From: Candidatus Woesearchaeota archaeon
Lineage (GTDB): Archaea > Nanobdellota > Nanobdellia > Woesearchaeales > ARS49
Assembly (NCBI GenBank): GCA_016203445.1
Contig: JACQMS010000011.1
Location: 2,517-66,516, forward strand
DNA length: 64,000 nt
Direction of reading: 5' to 3'
The stretch's first letter is position 1. The number at the start of each line of letters is the position of its first letter. Under the pieces are notes generated by a model, which saw nothing but the letters and a program-made list of their open reading frames with translations, ran no database searches and was not told where the DNA came from. This document shows, piece after piece, positions 8,105-17,792 of the stretch. The position numbers were made by a program, and so were the translations under genes.

Positions 8105-9868
8105 ATGCTAAGAACTCACACGTGCGGAGAATTAAAGAGAAGCGACGAGAAGAAAAAAGTATCATTATGCGGATGGGTGCAGTCGAGAAGAGACCACGGA
8201 AACATAATATTCATAGATTTAAGGGACAGATACGGAATAACACAAATAGTGTTCGACCCATCAAAAGAAAAAAACGCCCACAAAAAAGCAGAAAAGATAG
8301 GAAGAGAATGGGTAATAAAAACAGAAGGAGTTGTAAGATACAGAGGCGAAGGCTTAGAAAACAAAAAAATCCCTACAGGAGAGATAGAAGTAATAGTTAA
8401 CAACGTAGAAATACTTAACGAATCACTAATGCCTCCAATAGAAGTAACCGATGAAACGACAGCTGGAGACGAAGCAAGAATGAAGTACCGGTACGTAGAT
8501 CTTAGAAGGCCAATAATGAAGAAAAGGATAGTTTTCAGAAGCACAATGGCTCAAGAAGTAAGAAAATATATGACAGAACAAAAGTTTATAGAAATAGAAA
8601 CACCATTACTAATAAAAGCAACACCCGAAGGGGCAAGAGATTATGTAGTGCCATCAAGAGTTAATCCAGGAAAATTTTACGCATTACCACAAAGCCCACA
8701 GCTATATAAACAAATATTAATGATAGCTGGAATGGATAGATACTTCCAACTTGCACGATGCCTGCGAGATGAAGATTTAAGAATGGACAGGCAACCAGAA
8801 CACACACAAATAGACGTAGAAATGAGCTTTGTAGAAGTAGAAGACGTTCTGACAACGGTTGAAGGATTAATGAAACAATTATTCAAAACAACACTCAACA
8901 TAAACATACAAACACCGTTCATAAGGATACCCCATGAAACAGCGCTCAACGAGTATGGCTCTGATAAGCCTGATTTGAGGTTTGAACTAAAATTAAACGA
9001 TGTAAGCGACATTGCAAAACACACAGAATTTTCAGTGTTTCACTCAGCGCTGGACAAAGGAGGAGTAGTAAAAATGCTCAACGCCACAAGTTGCGCAACC
9101 TTTACGAGAAAAGACTTAGACGAGCTGATAGACATAGCAAAAAGACACCACGCCCAAGGACTAGCATGGGCAAAAATTACAGGAGGAAAACTAGAAAGCT
9201 CAATAGCGAAATATATTAATGAAGAATCACAAAAAAAAATAATACAAAGAGCTAAAGCAAAAGATGGAGATTTAATATTATTTGTAGCAGACAAGAAAAA
9301 AGTGGCCTGCACAGCGCTAGGACAAGTAAGACTATCAATAGCAGAGAAGACAAAAATAAAAAGAGAAGGATTCAATTTTTGCTGGGTCACAGAATTCCCA
9401 TTGTTCGAGTGGAATGAAGAATCAAACAAGTGGGATCCAGCACACCACCCGTTCTGCATGCCACTAAAAGAACATATGCAACTAATAGAAACAGATCCTG
9501 GAAAAGTACACTGTACACAATACGATCTGGTGTTGAACGGTACAGAAATGGGCTCTGGAAGCATAAGAATTCACAAGCCAGAAATACAAAAACAAGTATT
9601 CAACGCTATAGGATTATCACAAGAAGAAGCAGAAGAAAAATTCGGATTTTTGTTAAACGCGTACAATTACGGAGGACCACCTCACGGAGGGATAGGAATA
9701 GGATTCGACAGGCTAGTGGCAATGATGCTGGGACTAACAGATATCCGAGAAGTAGTAGCATTCCCAAAAAACAAGAAAGCCGAAGGAGTAATGGACGGAA
9801 GCCCATCAACAATATCACAAGAACAATTACGAGAGTTAAGCATAAAAGTTGAAGGGTTAAGGAAGTAA
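8105..9868 (+). CDS. aspS: Aspartyl-tRNA synthetase (class II, archaeal/eukaryal type)
   Basis: MLRTHTCGEL start, OB anticodon-binding domain, and class II motifs (FRDE…, GSIR…, GIGIGFDRLVAMM). Confidence 0.95.
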   Translation: MLRTHTCGELKRSDEKKKVSLCGWVQSRRDHGNIIFIDLRDRYGITQIVFDPSKEKNAHKKAEKIGREWVIKTEGVVRYRGEGLENKKIPTGEIEVIVNNVEILNESLMPPIEVTDETTAGDEARMKYRYVDLRRPIMKKRIVFRSTMAQEVRKYMTEQKFIEIETPLLIKATPEGARDYVVPSRVNPGKFYALPQSPQLYKQILMIAGMDRYFQLARCLRDEDLRMDRQPEHTQIDVEMSFVEVEDVLTTVEGLMKQLFKTTLNINIQTPFIRIPHETALNEYGSDKPDLRFELKLNDVSDIAKHTEFSVFHSALDKGGVVKMLNATSCATFTRKDLDELIDIAKRHHAQGLAWAKITGGKLESSIAKYINEESQKKIIQRAKAKDGDLILFVADKKKVACTALGQVRLSIAEKTKIKREGFNFCWVTEFPLFEWNEESNKWDPAHHPFCMPLKEHMQLIETDPGKVHCTQYDLVLNGTEMGSGSIRIHKPEIQKQVFNAIGLSQEEAEEKFGFLLNAYNYGGPPHGGIGIGFDRLVAMMLGLTDIREVVAFPKNKKAEGVMDGSPSTISQEQLRELSIKVEGLRK

Positions 9869-9932
9869 AGCACACATTTTCATTGCTCTTTAATACAACA
9901 ATCTTTTTATACCACGATTTAATCCCAAGAGC

Positions 9933-10424
9933 ATGGATGAACGAAGAACAGAAGTTTCAAGAGAGCTGGATTCATACTTATCGCAGAGAAAAAGTGGCGG
10001 TGGATGGAAAGGATGGTTCTCAACAAGCAATGAGCAACCTCAAGGAAGATTAAACATAAAAGGTTCACAAATGGTACAACAAGTTCAAGAAGCAGTCGTT
10101 CAACAAACAGAACAAGAACCTCAAGCAGTACAATTATCAGAAACTCAAGAATCCCAAGAATACAAGGAAGCATCACAGAAAAAAACTTTTCTGCATAAAA
10201 TATTCGGAGGGTTAAGAAAAAATCCTTCAAAAGAAGAAGCGGAAAAGGTTGAAGATATGGTGGTAAAACAAGAAACCGACGCCGCCCAAGACATACAAGA
10301 ATTAGCAAGAATAACACTAAGAGTGCTAAAACACCTGCCAGACGAAGAATTGGCAGAGTATAAATCATCAGAAGATTTTGACAGGATGAAAGACTTATTA
10401 AGAAAACACAAAATAATCAAGTAA
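9933..10424 (+). CDS. Hypothetical E/Q-rich low-complexity protein (163 aa)
   Basis: ORF in the correct intergenic position. Composition is biased, so the coding status is uncertain. Confidence 0.35.
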   Translation: MDERRTEVSRELDSYLSQRKSGGGWKGWFSTSNEQPQGRLNIKGSQMVQQVQEAVVQQTEQEPQAVQLSETQESQEYKEASQKKTFLHKIFGGLRKNPSKEEAEKVEDMVVKQETDAAQDIQELARITLRVLKHLPDEELAEYKSSEDFDRMKDLLRKHKIIK

Positions 10425-11346
10425 CAGGAACTGATAATTTTCTAATCCTTAAGTATTCATCAACAAATTTTCTTGCAACAGCATCAGAGCGAATTATTAA
10501 TATATTCTCATCATTGTGTTCATAACCATTCATCGACGGGTTTGCACTACCAGTAATTATTGAAGAGTTATCAATAATAAAAAGTTTGTGATGCAAAAGA
10601 CCAGAACCATTAAACTCGTAAATGTTTCTAAACCTGAGATTTTTTCTTTCCTCACCCAAAAATTTTTGTTTAGAAAAAACTCCCTCAATATAAACATCAG
10701 ATTTAATAAGCTCCTCTGCAATAATGTCGTCGGTGAAAGAATAAGCAAGAAAGTATATTGAGTGTTTAGACTTTCTTAATTCTTCCAAAACAGAATCCCT
10801 ACAATCATCGCCGGGACAATGAAAAGAAGAAACAAGAACTCCAGACAAGTTGACCGTTTTATCATCAGTAACAGGTTTTTTACCAATACTCAACAAATCA
10901 AAAGCTTCGGAAAATTCTTCAGAAATACTTATAGACTTCAAAACTATTACGACATCAAAATTTTTGTTATTAGTAGGATTATGAGAACCAGTAATAACTA
11001 CGCCGTCATAAACACAATACTTATTATGCATCAAATTCTTGTTAAAACTCTTAATTCCGAAACCATTAAAATTTCTCTTATCTATAACGCTCAGCTTTGG
11101 AGGAACAAAACCACCATAATCATAAAGAGCACACTTGGCATATTTCGGAACTTGCTCGAACAAATTCTGGCACTCTGCAGAAGGACAAAAATAAATTGAG
11201 ACATTGCCCGGCTCGTTGATAAAATCATAATTATTTCCAGCAATGGAAAAACCAATAGTCAAAGAATACTCGGCAAAGAATAATAATAATAATAATAACA
11301 CGGCAATCATTAAGACTATTGCATCGACAAAAAAAGATCTTCTCAC
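10417..11346 (-). CDS. Phospholipase D-family protein with two HKD motifs and an N-terminal TM helix (Nuc-like nuclease or cardiolipin-synthase-like)
   Basis: HNKYCVYD…GSHN and HHKLFIID…GSAN (HxK…D…GSxN, twice). GTG start at 11346. TATA-like TATTTAAAAAA box 20-30 nt upstream. Confidence 0.75.
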   Translation of the reverse strand: MRRSFFVDAIVLMIAVLLLLLLFFAEYSLTIGFSIAGNNYDFINEPGNVSIYFCPSAECQNLFEQVPKYAKCALYDYGGFVPPKLSVIDKRNFNGFGIKSFNKNLMHNKYCVYDGVVITGSHNPTNNKNFDVVIVLKSISISEEFSEAFDLLSIGKKPVTDDKTVNLSGVLVSSFHCPGDDCRDSVLEELRKSKHSIYFLAYSFTDDIIAEELIKSDVYIEGVFSKQKFLGEERKNLRFRNIYEFNGSGLLHHKLFIIDNSSIITGSANPSMNGYEHNDENILIIRSDAVARKFVDEYLRIRKLSVPVT

Positions 11347-11590
11347 ACAAACTCAAACGTAAGAGTTTTTTAAATACTTTTTGCACCAAAAACCGGAAAG
11401 TTTACGGAATTGTTCATGGATTATTCAGTCAAAACAAACAAATCATTGTCGGGATTATTGGTTACAAATTCTTTAAATTCTAATTATAAACCTTATGGTT
11501 GTCACCACTAGAAAATGTTAAAAGTATCGAAAGATTTATATATTAGCTATACTGGAATAGCTATGTTGGGAAAGGTGGATCATATTTTAC

Positions 11591-11679
11591 AATCACCTCT
11601 TTTTCCCGTCCGCTAAGCTTCGGCCTATACGGGCGGGTTTATAATCACCTCTTTTTCCCGTCTCGAAAGGGACGGGTTT
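11591..11679. repeat. Two tandem units of a 20-nt identical leader, each followed by a different stable hairpin
   Basis: aatcacctctttttcccgtc at 11591 and 11643. Unit 1 hairpin cccgtccg…cgggcggg (8 bp, 1 G-U), unit 2 hairpin cccgtc…gacggg (6 bp). Both end in gggttt. Confidence 0.5.
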
Positions 11680-11715
11680 GAAAAACACACAGATGATAGT
11701 CTGAAGTTTTATAAT

Positions 11716-13329
11716 TTATAGACGACTTTTTCCAAACAATAAACCAAGAAAAAAACCTAATAAAATACCAATAACAATTGGAAGAACGATGCCTCGAAAA
11801 TCATACAAAGGAAATCTACTGTCAGAAATAAAAGAATTATTCCTAATATCACCAACAAGAGTTACGTCAAGATTTGAAAGCTCCAAAGCATACTCCGCAA
11901 AAAGAAGAGCAGTTGCGGGATCATCCCTAAGAACTCCAGCGTACTCATAATAACTATACCCCATAGTAGGGAAAAAACCCCTATTTTGCGCCCTCAACAA
12001 AACGTCCCGAGTAACTAATAATTTGGAATCAAGAATTTTTTTAATAGTATCATCAGTAGCACCAAGACTACTCAACAAAGTATTCATATCAGCCTTAGCC
12101 TTAACAGCACGAAATATGCATAACTCAAAATCTTCAACATCCTTATCATTCTTAGCATCATTAATAGAATGCTCAGTCCTGAAAAGAGACCCCGGGTAAA
12201 AACTAGAAATGTAAGAAAAATACTGCTCCGCCTCAGAAAGTTTAGCACTACAAGAATTTTTTATAGAATCTTTAGAAATCTTAATCTTCTGACCATCAAC
12301 ATCCCTAACATTCATCCAAGACCTAGCACTACGCAAACGCTCCTGAACATACGCAAGCTTTTCAGGACTAATCTCAGAATCAAGTTCTTTACGAGCCTCC
12401 GAAACGCGCTCTTCAACAGCCATACGACTCTGAATATCAGCATAAGTTACAGAACTAGAATTATCTAATTCATGAATAATAGATTCAGACTCCAAAAACA
12501 ATGTGTTCCTCAAAAATTCCAATTGTTCCAAAGAAGAATTTTCAAGAATTTCTCTAGTAATCTGAATATTATCACGAAAACAATAAGAAGCCGCGCTATA
12601 ATACTTGCCGTCAGAAATCAACTCCTCAGACTTAGAACTATTAGAACCATAGCACAACTCATCAGAAACCTTTTTCATAGCAGAATTATAAGATTCAGGA
12701 ATAAGCAATGCATCAGTAATTATAACGGGCTTGTAACTGGTAGTATTAACAAGCAATTCCCTCAAAGTGCCAACCTCAAATATTTGAACAGTAAGATCAT
12801 CCTCAATGCCAGAAAGATTTTCTTGGGATATAGCTCCCTGAGGAACAAAAAACTTTTTCAGACCTTGCAATGCCCCGGCACGAATCTTTTCAGAATACCC
12901 GCCAACAGGACCAATAACGCCGCCGCTATTTATAGTACCAGTAACAGCAACAGTTTCAGAAGAAAGATTCACGAGAATTTGAGAAGTAAGAAATGACGCA
13001 GCAGCACCAGCACTAGGACCGCCAACAATTCCCGGAGGAGCTCTTATAGTATAATAAAAATTTAGTGAAGAACAATCAAACTGCAACTCCTCACAAGCCT
13101 GCTCCTTGGCCTGCTGCATTGATAACTGAGTAGATATCTTTGTAAGAGGGTAAGTATTAAGAAAAACATCACCGCTACCATCACCAACAAAAAGTTCCAA
13201 AGATGCAACAATGCCCGAACTGTTAACTCCCTCAGTAACTGCAAGCAAAGGTATTGAACCTGAAGAAGCAGAAACAAAACTAGAAAGTACAAAAATTAAA
13301 AAAAACAGTAATACATACTTAAAAATCAT
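11716..13329 (-). CDS. Lon (S16) protease-domain protein, secreted/membrane-anchored (signal peptide plus C-terminal TM)
   Basis: PPGIVGGPSAGAAASF matches the S16 GPSAG catalytic-Ser motif; TGTINSGGVIGPVGG is also present. N-terminal hydrophobic signal and C-terminal VLPIVIGILLGFFLGLLF helix. Confidence 0.7.
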   Translation of the reverse strand: MIFKYVLLFFLIFVLSSFVSASSGSIPLLAVTEGVNSSGIVASLELFVGDGSGDVFLNTYPLTKISTQLSMQQAKEQACEELQFDCSSLNFYYTIRAPPGIVGGPSAGAAASFLTSQILVNLSSETVAVTGTINSGGVIGPVGGYSEKIRAGALQGLKKFFVPQGAISQENLSGIEDDLTVQIFEVGTLRELLVNTTSYKPVIITDALLIPESYNSAMKKVSDELCYGSNSSKSEELISDGKYYSAASYCFRDNIQITREILENSSLEQLEFLRNTLFLESESIIHELDNSSSVTYADIQSRMAVEERVSEARKELDSEISPEKLAYVQERLRSARSWMNVRDVDGQKIKISKDSIKNSCSAKLSEAEQYFSYISSFYPGSLFRTEHSINDAKNDKDVEDFELCIFRAVKAKADMNTLLSSLGATDDTIKKILDSKLLVTRDVLLRAQNRGFFPTMGYSYYEYAGVLRDDPATALLFAEYALELSNLDVTLVGDIRNNSFISDSRFPLYDFRGIVLPIVIGILLGFFLGLLFGKSRL

Positions 13330-13420
13330 ACTTTTGGAATCGCGGAGAGTTTAATAAATATTGTGGTGCTGCACTTAACAACCCGCCAACTTTATAAACG
13401 CGCAACAAATTCACGAATAT

Positions 13421-15247
13421 ATGACGGAGAAATCTTTCGCACTAATAATCCCTGACTTTTCAGTAATAGTGGACGGGGTTTTAGCGCAAAAAATAGAATC
13501 AGAAGAAATAACTTGCTCAGAAGTGGCAATCCACGAAGCACTAATAGCTTACATAGAATCACAAGCAAGAATAGGAACCGCCCTAGGAAATGTAGGGGTT
13601 GATGAAATAGCAAAAATATCAGAAATATCAAACTCGGGAAAATTTTCATTAAGATTCTCAGGACGAAGACTACAAAAACACGACAATGAAGATTTATTGC
13701 TTGTAGATGCAATAATAAGAGATTTAGCAAGAGAAACCGGCGGGGTACTAATAACGTCAAGGCATTTACAATCAAAAATAGCCAAAGCTCAAGGAATACA
13801 AGTCCACTTAATAGAAAAAAACATCACTGGAAAAAAAATAAGCATAGAAAAATTTTTTGATGAAACAACAATGAGCATACACTTAAGAGAAAAAGTGTGC
13901 CCCGTAAAAAAGTGCGGACGCCCGGGAAATTGGAATTTTGCAACGGCCAGAGAAACACCACTAAGTGCTGAAGAAGTAAAAAATTTTTCCAGAGAAATAA
14001 TAGAGGCCGCGTCAGCAAGCGATGATGGGTTCATAGAAATAGAAAGACCCGGAAGCACAATAGTACAGCTAGGAAATTACAGAATCGTGATAACAAGACC
14101 ACCATTCAGCGATGGTTGGGAAATAACTGCGGTAAGACCAGTAAAAAGATTATCACTGGAAGAATATACACTGTCAGAAAAGTTAAGAACTAGAATATCA
14201 AAGCATGCCGACGGAATATTAATAGCAGGATCACCGGGGCAAGGAAAAACAACATTTACACAAGCGCTAGCAGAATTTTATTCAAATCAAGGAAAAATAG
14301 TGAAAACAGTTGAAGCTCCAAGAGATATGGTGCTTCCTGAAAACATAACGCAACTAGCAATAAGCCACGGCTCATCGGAAGAAATCCATGACATACTTTT
14401 ACTGTCAAGACCTGATTATACAATATTTGACGAGATAAGAAACACCAAGGACTTCGAGTTGTTCGCAGATTTAAGACTGTCAGGAGTTGGAATGGTAGGA
14501 GTACTTCACGCAACAAAAGCAGTTGACGCAATACAAAGATTTCTTGGAAGAGTAGAACTTGGAGTTATACCTCAAGTTGTTGACACAGTACTATTCATTA
14601 AAGACGGAGAAGTAAAAAACGTTTTGAGCATACAAATGTCTGTAAAAGTTCCCACAGGAATGATAGAAGATGATCTTGCAAGACCAGTGGTAGAAGTTAT
14701 GGATTTTGAAACTGGAAAATTAATAGCAGAGATATACAGCTACGGTGAAGAAACAGTTGTAGTGCCAGTAAGCGAGAAAAGTTCCGAAGAAAACAGGGGA
14801 GTAAGAGCACTGGCGGCAAAACAAGTTGAAAGAGTTTTACAAAGATTTGCGGACGCCGTAAAAGTTGAAGTAGTAAGCGACAACAAAGTAATAGTAAAAG
14901 TTCCAGAAAAAGACATCGGAGGAATTATTGGAAAAGAAGGAAAAAATATAAAACAATTAGAAGAAGACTTAGGAGTGTCAATAGACGTGCAACCATTAGA
15001 ATATTCTGCAGGAAAAAAAGGAGAACTACTACCTTTTGATGTGAGACACTCAAAAAAATTCTTCGATCTGGCAGTAGGAGAAAGATACTCTGGAATGCAG
15101 ATAACAATATACGTGAAGAATGATCTTATAGCGACAGTGGCAGTATCAAAAAAAGGAGTTATAAGCATGACAAAAGACAACAAAGTAGGAAAATATTTAT
15201 TGAACGCAATAGATAACAATGAAGAAGTATCGCTACACATGATTTAG
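13421..15247 (+). CDS. COG1855-type archaeal ATPase (N-terminal PIN domain, PilT/VirB11-like P-loop ATPase, C-terminal KH domain)
   Basis: Walker A GSPGQGKTT, an N-terminal PIN-like acidic module, and a C-terminal KH-like IGGIIGKEGKNIK (GxxG). Confidence 0.75.
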   Translation: MTEKSFALIIPDFSVIVDGVLAQKIESEEITCSEVAIHEALIAYIESQARIGTALGNVGVDEIAKISEISNSGKFSLRFSGRRLQKHDNEDLLLVDAIIRDLARETGGVLITSRHLQSKIAKAQGIQVHLIEKNITGKKISIEKFFDETTMSIHLREKVCPVKKCGRPGNWNFATARETPLSAEEVKNFSREIIEAASASDDGFIEIERPGSTIVQLGNYRIVITRPPFSDGWEITAVRPVKRLSLEEYTLSEKLRTRISKHADGILIAGSPGQGKTTFTQALAEFYSNQGKIVKTVEAPRDMVLPENITQLAISHGSSEEIHDILLLSRPDYTIFDEIRNTKDFELFADLRLSGVGMVGVLHATKAVDAIQRFLGRVELGVIPQVVDTVLFIKDGEVKNVLSIQMSVKVPTGMIEDDLARPVVEVMDFETGKLIAEIYSYGEETVVVPVSEKSSEENRGVRALAAKQVERVLQRFADAVKVEVVSDNKVIVKVPEKDIGGIIGKEGKNIKQLEEDLGVSIDVQPLEYSAGKKGELLPFDVRHSKKFFDLAVGERYSGMQITIYVKNDLIATVAVSKKGVISMTKDNKVGKYLLNAIDNNEEVSLHMI

Positions 15248-15300
15248 CTGGAAAATTATTATTAAGAAAGTATTCAAAAATTGTCAACGCGGGGTGCGGG

Positions 15301-17295
15301 GTGGGATTAGATTTTCGTTCGGGAAATTTGTTTAACAAATTCTCATTAGAAGAAACATTAGGCAAAGGAAGCATCGGACAAGTTTGGAAAGCAAAAGACA
15401 CCATAATTGGAAGAACAGCAGCACTAAAAATATTAGATCCTGAAGCAGAAAAAAATGCCAAGAAGAAAGGAAAAAATCTTAAAATTAGAGAAATATTCAT
15501 CCAAGAAGCAAAAAATCTTGGAAGATTACAGCCAAAAACAATAGAAGACCACAAACCAGCAGAAAGAATAGCGCAAGTCTACGAAGCAAACATAGACCAA
15601 AAAACAGGCTTAATGTATATAGCTCAAGAATTCGTTGAAGGAGTAACACTAGCAACGACTCTGAGAGAGAAAAGAAAAATTGATGCCAGAAAAATAATAG
15701 AGCAAATACTTGAAGGGTTACAGTACGCCCACGAAAGAGGAGTTATTCACAGAGATTTAAGCATTCACAACGTGATGATAAGCCAATCTGGAGCGAGAAT
15801 AATAGATTTTGGCATAGGATCACTTGGAATACCAACAAGCATATTATACCTTGCACCAGAATTAATACAAAACCCCGAAAATTCAAGCCCACAAACAGAC
15901 TTGTGGTCTACAGGGATAATAGCTTACAGAATTACGCACGGAAGATTTCCTTTCGGATTAAAAAACAGAAATATTGAGGAACACGACAATGCAAGAACAA
16001 CACTTGACGACGTTGTGAAAACAAAAGAAGAATATGAAGATGTAAGAAGACAAATATTAGAAGAAGAATTAGAAAATGTTCCAATGATAAAAATTGCGAG
16101 AACCCCCCTTGAAAGAACTATAAGAAAACTATTAGAGAAAAAACCTGAGTACAGGCCAAAAAATGCGTACAAAGCATTAAGAATGGTGGCAAGGCCTGAA
16201 GAGATAACAACGCTTGCAAGAGCAATACCAATTTATGGAGGAATAGTTTCAGGAATATTATACTTCATGTTATGTCTTGGAGAACCAAAAAATTATTTGT
16301 TAGCAATTGAAGCAGGCAACAAAAAAGAAATAATGGCTTATTCAAATCCTGAAAGTATGGGAGCCCTGCATTCAGAAGAAACACCCAAATCGCTACCAAG
16401 AATAGTAAGCAAAGATTTGAGGGCGGCAGACTATGACAAAAAGTATGCACTGATAGAAGAGCCAGAAATAATGATACAATCAACAGAAGGAAGATATGTA
16501 TTATATGGAAACGTAAATACATTATACTTACTAGACACCAAAACTGGAGAAAGCAACAATATAAATATCCAACCAGCAAACGAAGAAAGCATACTCTTCG
16601 AAAGAATACTGCGCATAGTTGATAATCAAGGGAGATATTTTGCAATGAATCCAAAAAGTCCAAACATTGCAATTCCCAAAAATATTAAACAAGTAATAAA
16701 TGGAACAATAAGCCCAGAAGAAATAAGACAAATTGCAACTGATGGAAGAAATATTTTTTATGCTACAAGAACTCACATTTACGACGAGGAAAGTGACACG
16801 CCATTAGTTGAGGGCGTTGATATAACTAACCTAAATTACGTACAGTACAAATCAGAGGCAACACTATTCTATATCGATGAAGGAACACAATGCGGAATAC
16901 CATTAAGAGCATACTATGGTTACAGAGAACAAAATAATGAAATGCCAACACTTGACAAAAAAGCATTAACAGCTGCGCCAATGGAACGAGTAGGAATGAA
17001 AATATTAGAAAGAGTAGGAGAAGAATGGTTCTTGATTACGGTTAACGAGCAAAAACATTTGTGGAACTCAAGAATAGACAAAACATACGCGCCGCCATTC
17101 CTAGAAAGCGCAACAACAATTACAAGCACCGGCGAAAAGTTTTTTTACACTGCAAAAGTTAGGGACGAAACAGGCGACGGAATAATTGACGAAAAAGATT
17201 CAAGAACATTCATATGCGATGCTGGCACAGGAAAGCTTTTAGAAGGGCCGAGAGCAATAAGAATAGCTATAGTAAAAACAGATTATGAAGAGTAG
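15301..17295 (+). CDS. Ser/Thr protein kinase with a large C-terminal non-kinase domain
   Basis: GKGSIGQVWKA glycine loop, HRDLSIHNVMI catalytic loop, DFGIG, APE. About 350 further residues follow without a recognised motif. Confidence 0.8.
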   Translation: MGLDFRSGNLFNKFSLEETLGKGSIGQVWKAKDTIIGRTAALKILDPEAEKNAKKKGKNLKIREIFIQEAKNLGRLQPKTIEDHKPAERIAQVYEANIDQKTGLMYIAQEFVEGVTLATTLREKRKIDARKIIEQILEGLQYAHERGVIHRDLSIHNVMISQSGARIIDFGIGSLGIPTSILYLAPELIQNPENSSPQTDLWSTGIIAYRITHGRFPFGLKNRNIEEHDNARTTLDDVVKTKEEYEDVRRQILEEELENVPMIKIARTPLERTIRKLLEKKPEYRPKNAYKALRMVARPEEITTLARAIPIYGGIVSGILYFMLCLGEPKNYLLAIEAGNKKEIMAYSNPESMGALHSEETPKSLPRIVSKDLRAADYDKKYALIEEPEIMIQSTEGRYVLYGNVNTLYLLDTKTGESNNINIQPANEESILFERILRIVDNQGRYFAMNPKSPNIAIPKNIKQVINGTISPEEIRQIATDGRNIFYATRTHIYDEESDTPLVEGVDITNLNYVQYKSEATLFYIDEGTQCGIPLRAYYGYREQNNEMPTLDKKALTAAPMERVGMKILERVGEEWFLITVNEQKHLWNSRIDKTYAPPFLESATTITSTGEKFFYTAKVRDETGDGIIDEKDSRTFICDAGTGKLLEGPRAIRIAIVKTDYEE

Positions 17296-17297
17296 TG

Positions 17298-17323
17298 GTT
17301 TAACTGCAAAGTTTAACTGCAAA
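17298..17323. repeat. Perfect tandem duplication of a 13-mer (gtttaactgcaaa x2) at a convergent gene junction
   Basis: Read directly. Spans the 17-nt gap between the kinase stop (17295) and the pilin-like gene stop (17313). Confidence 0.5.
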
Positions 17324-17792
17324 TTTTCAAGAGTATTTCAACATCAGTGCCAATAATATTCCTCTTCTGAGAACCGCTACGATACTCACCAACACAATTT
17401 TCAAAACCATTATTTATTCTCTGAACTGCACTAGTACCAAAATCCAAACTATACTGCAAAGCCCAATCTTTCAAAGTTGCACCCAAAATTTTCTCGCTAT
17501 CAAGCTTAACAGCATCACATACTTGAACTGTCGGAGAACTGCACTTAGTCGTAGGAGTAGTTACACAATCTCTTAATGCCTGATCAATAGTCCTGCCAAT
17601 ACAAGTAAAACTGCTAGTTTTCAGCAATGCGTCAAGAGTACTCTGAGGCAAGTCCGCCTCGCGAAACTCTTCAGACAAACCAACACTATTCTTACCAAAA
17701 ATGAAAAGCATAGTAAACATTATTCCCATAACTACTAGAACCATGACTATAACCAAGCCAATAATTTCCGTTTGCGCCTTATTTTTAGTCAT
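17313..17792 (-). CDS. Type IV pilin-like protein (class III signal peptide)
   Basis: N-terminus MTKNKA|QTEIIGLVIVMVLVVMGIMF: a KA-Q motif followed by a ~20-aa hydrophobic helix. Confidence 0.6.
   Translation of the reverse strand: MTKNKAQTEIIGLVIVMVLVVMGIMFTMLFIFGKNSVGLSEEFREADLPQSTLDALLKTSSFTCIGRTIDQALRDCVTTPTTKCSSPTVQVCDAVKLDSEKILGATLKDWALQYSLDFGTSAVQRINNGFENCVGEYRSGSQKRNIIGTDVEILLKICS

Noticed and set aside
8080-8400. 106-aa ORF overlapping the aspS 5' end in another frame
   Set aside because: It is highly basic, low-complexity (KRR-rich) and lies wholly within the aspS coding sequence, so it is not a real gene.
11591-11679. CRISPR array
   Set aside because: There are only two repeat units, a 20-nt repeat, variable parts that are themselves hairpins, and no regular spacer length. 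No cas genes are in the window.
11680-11710. Box C/D sRNA suggested by cagatgatag…ctgaag
   Set aside because: The C-box consensus RUGAUGA is not matched exactly (GAUGAUA), no D' or C' boxes are found, and there is no guide complementarity that can be assessed.
12169-12996. Plus-strand ORFs (99, 174 aa) within the Lon-like protease gene
   Set aside because: They are Arg/Asn/Ile-rich antisense shadow ORFs. The minus-strand frame carries the S16 GPSAG motif.
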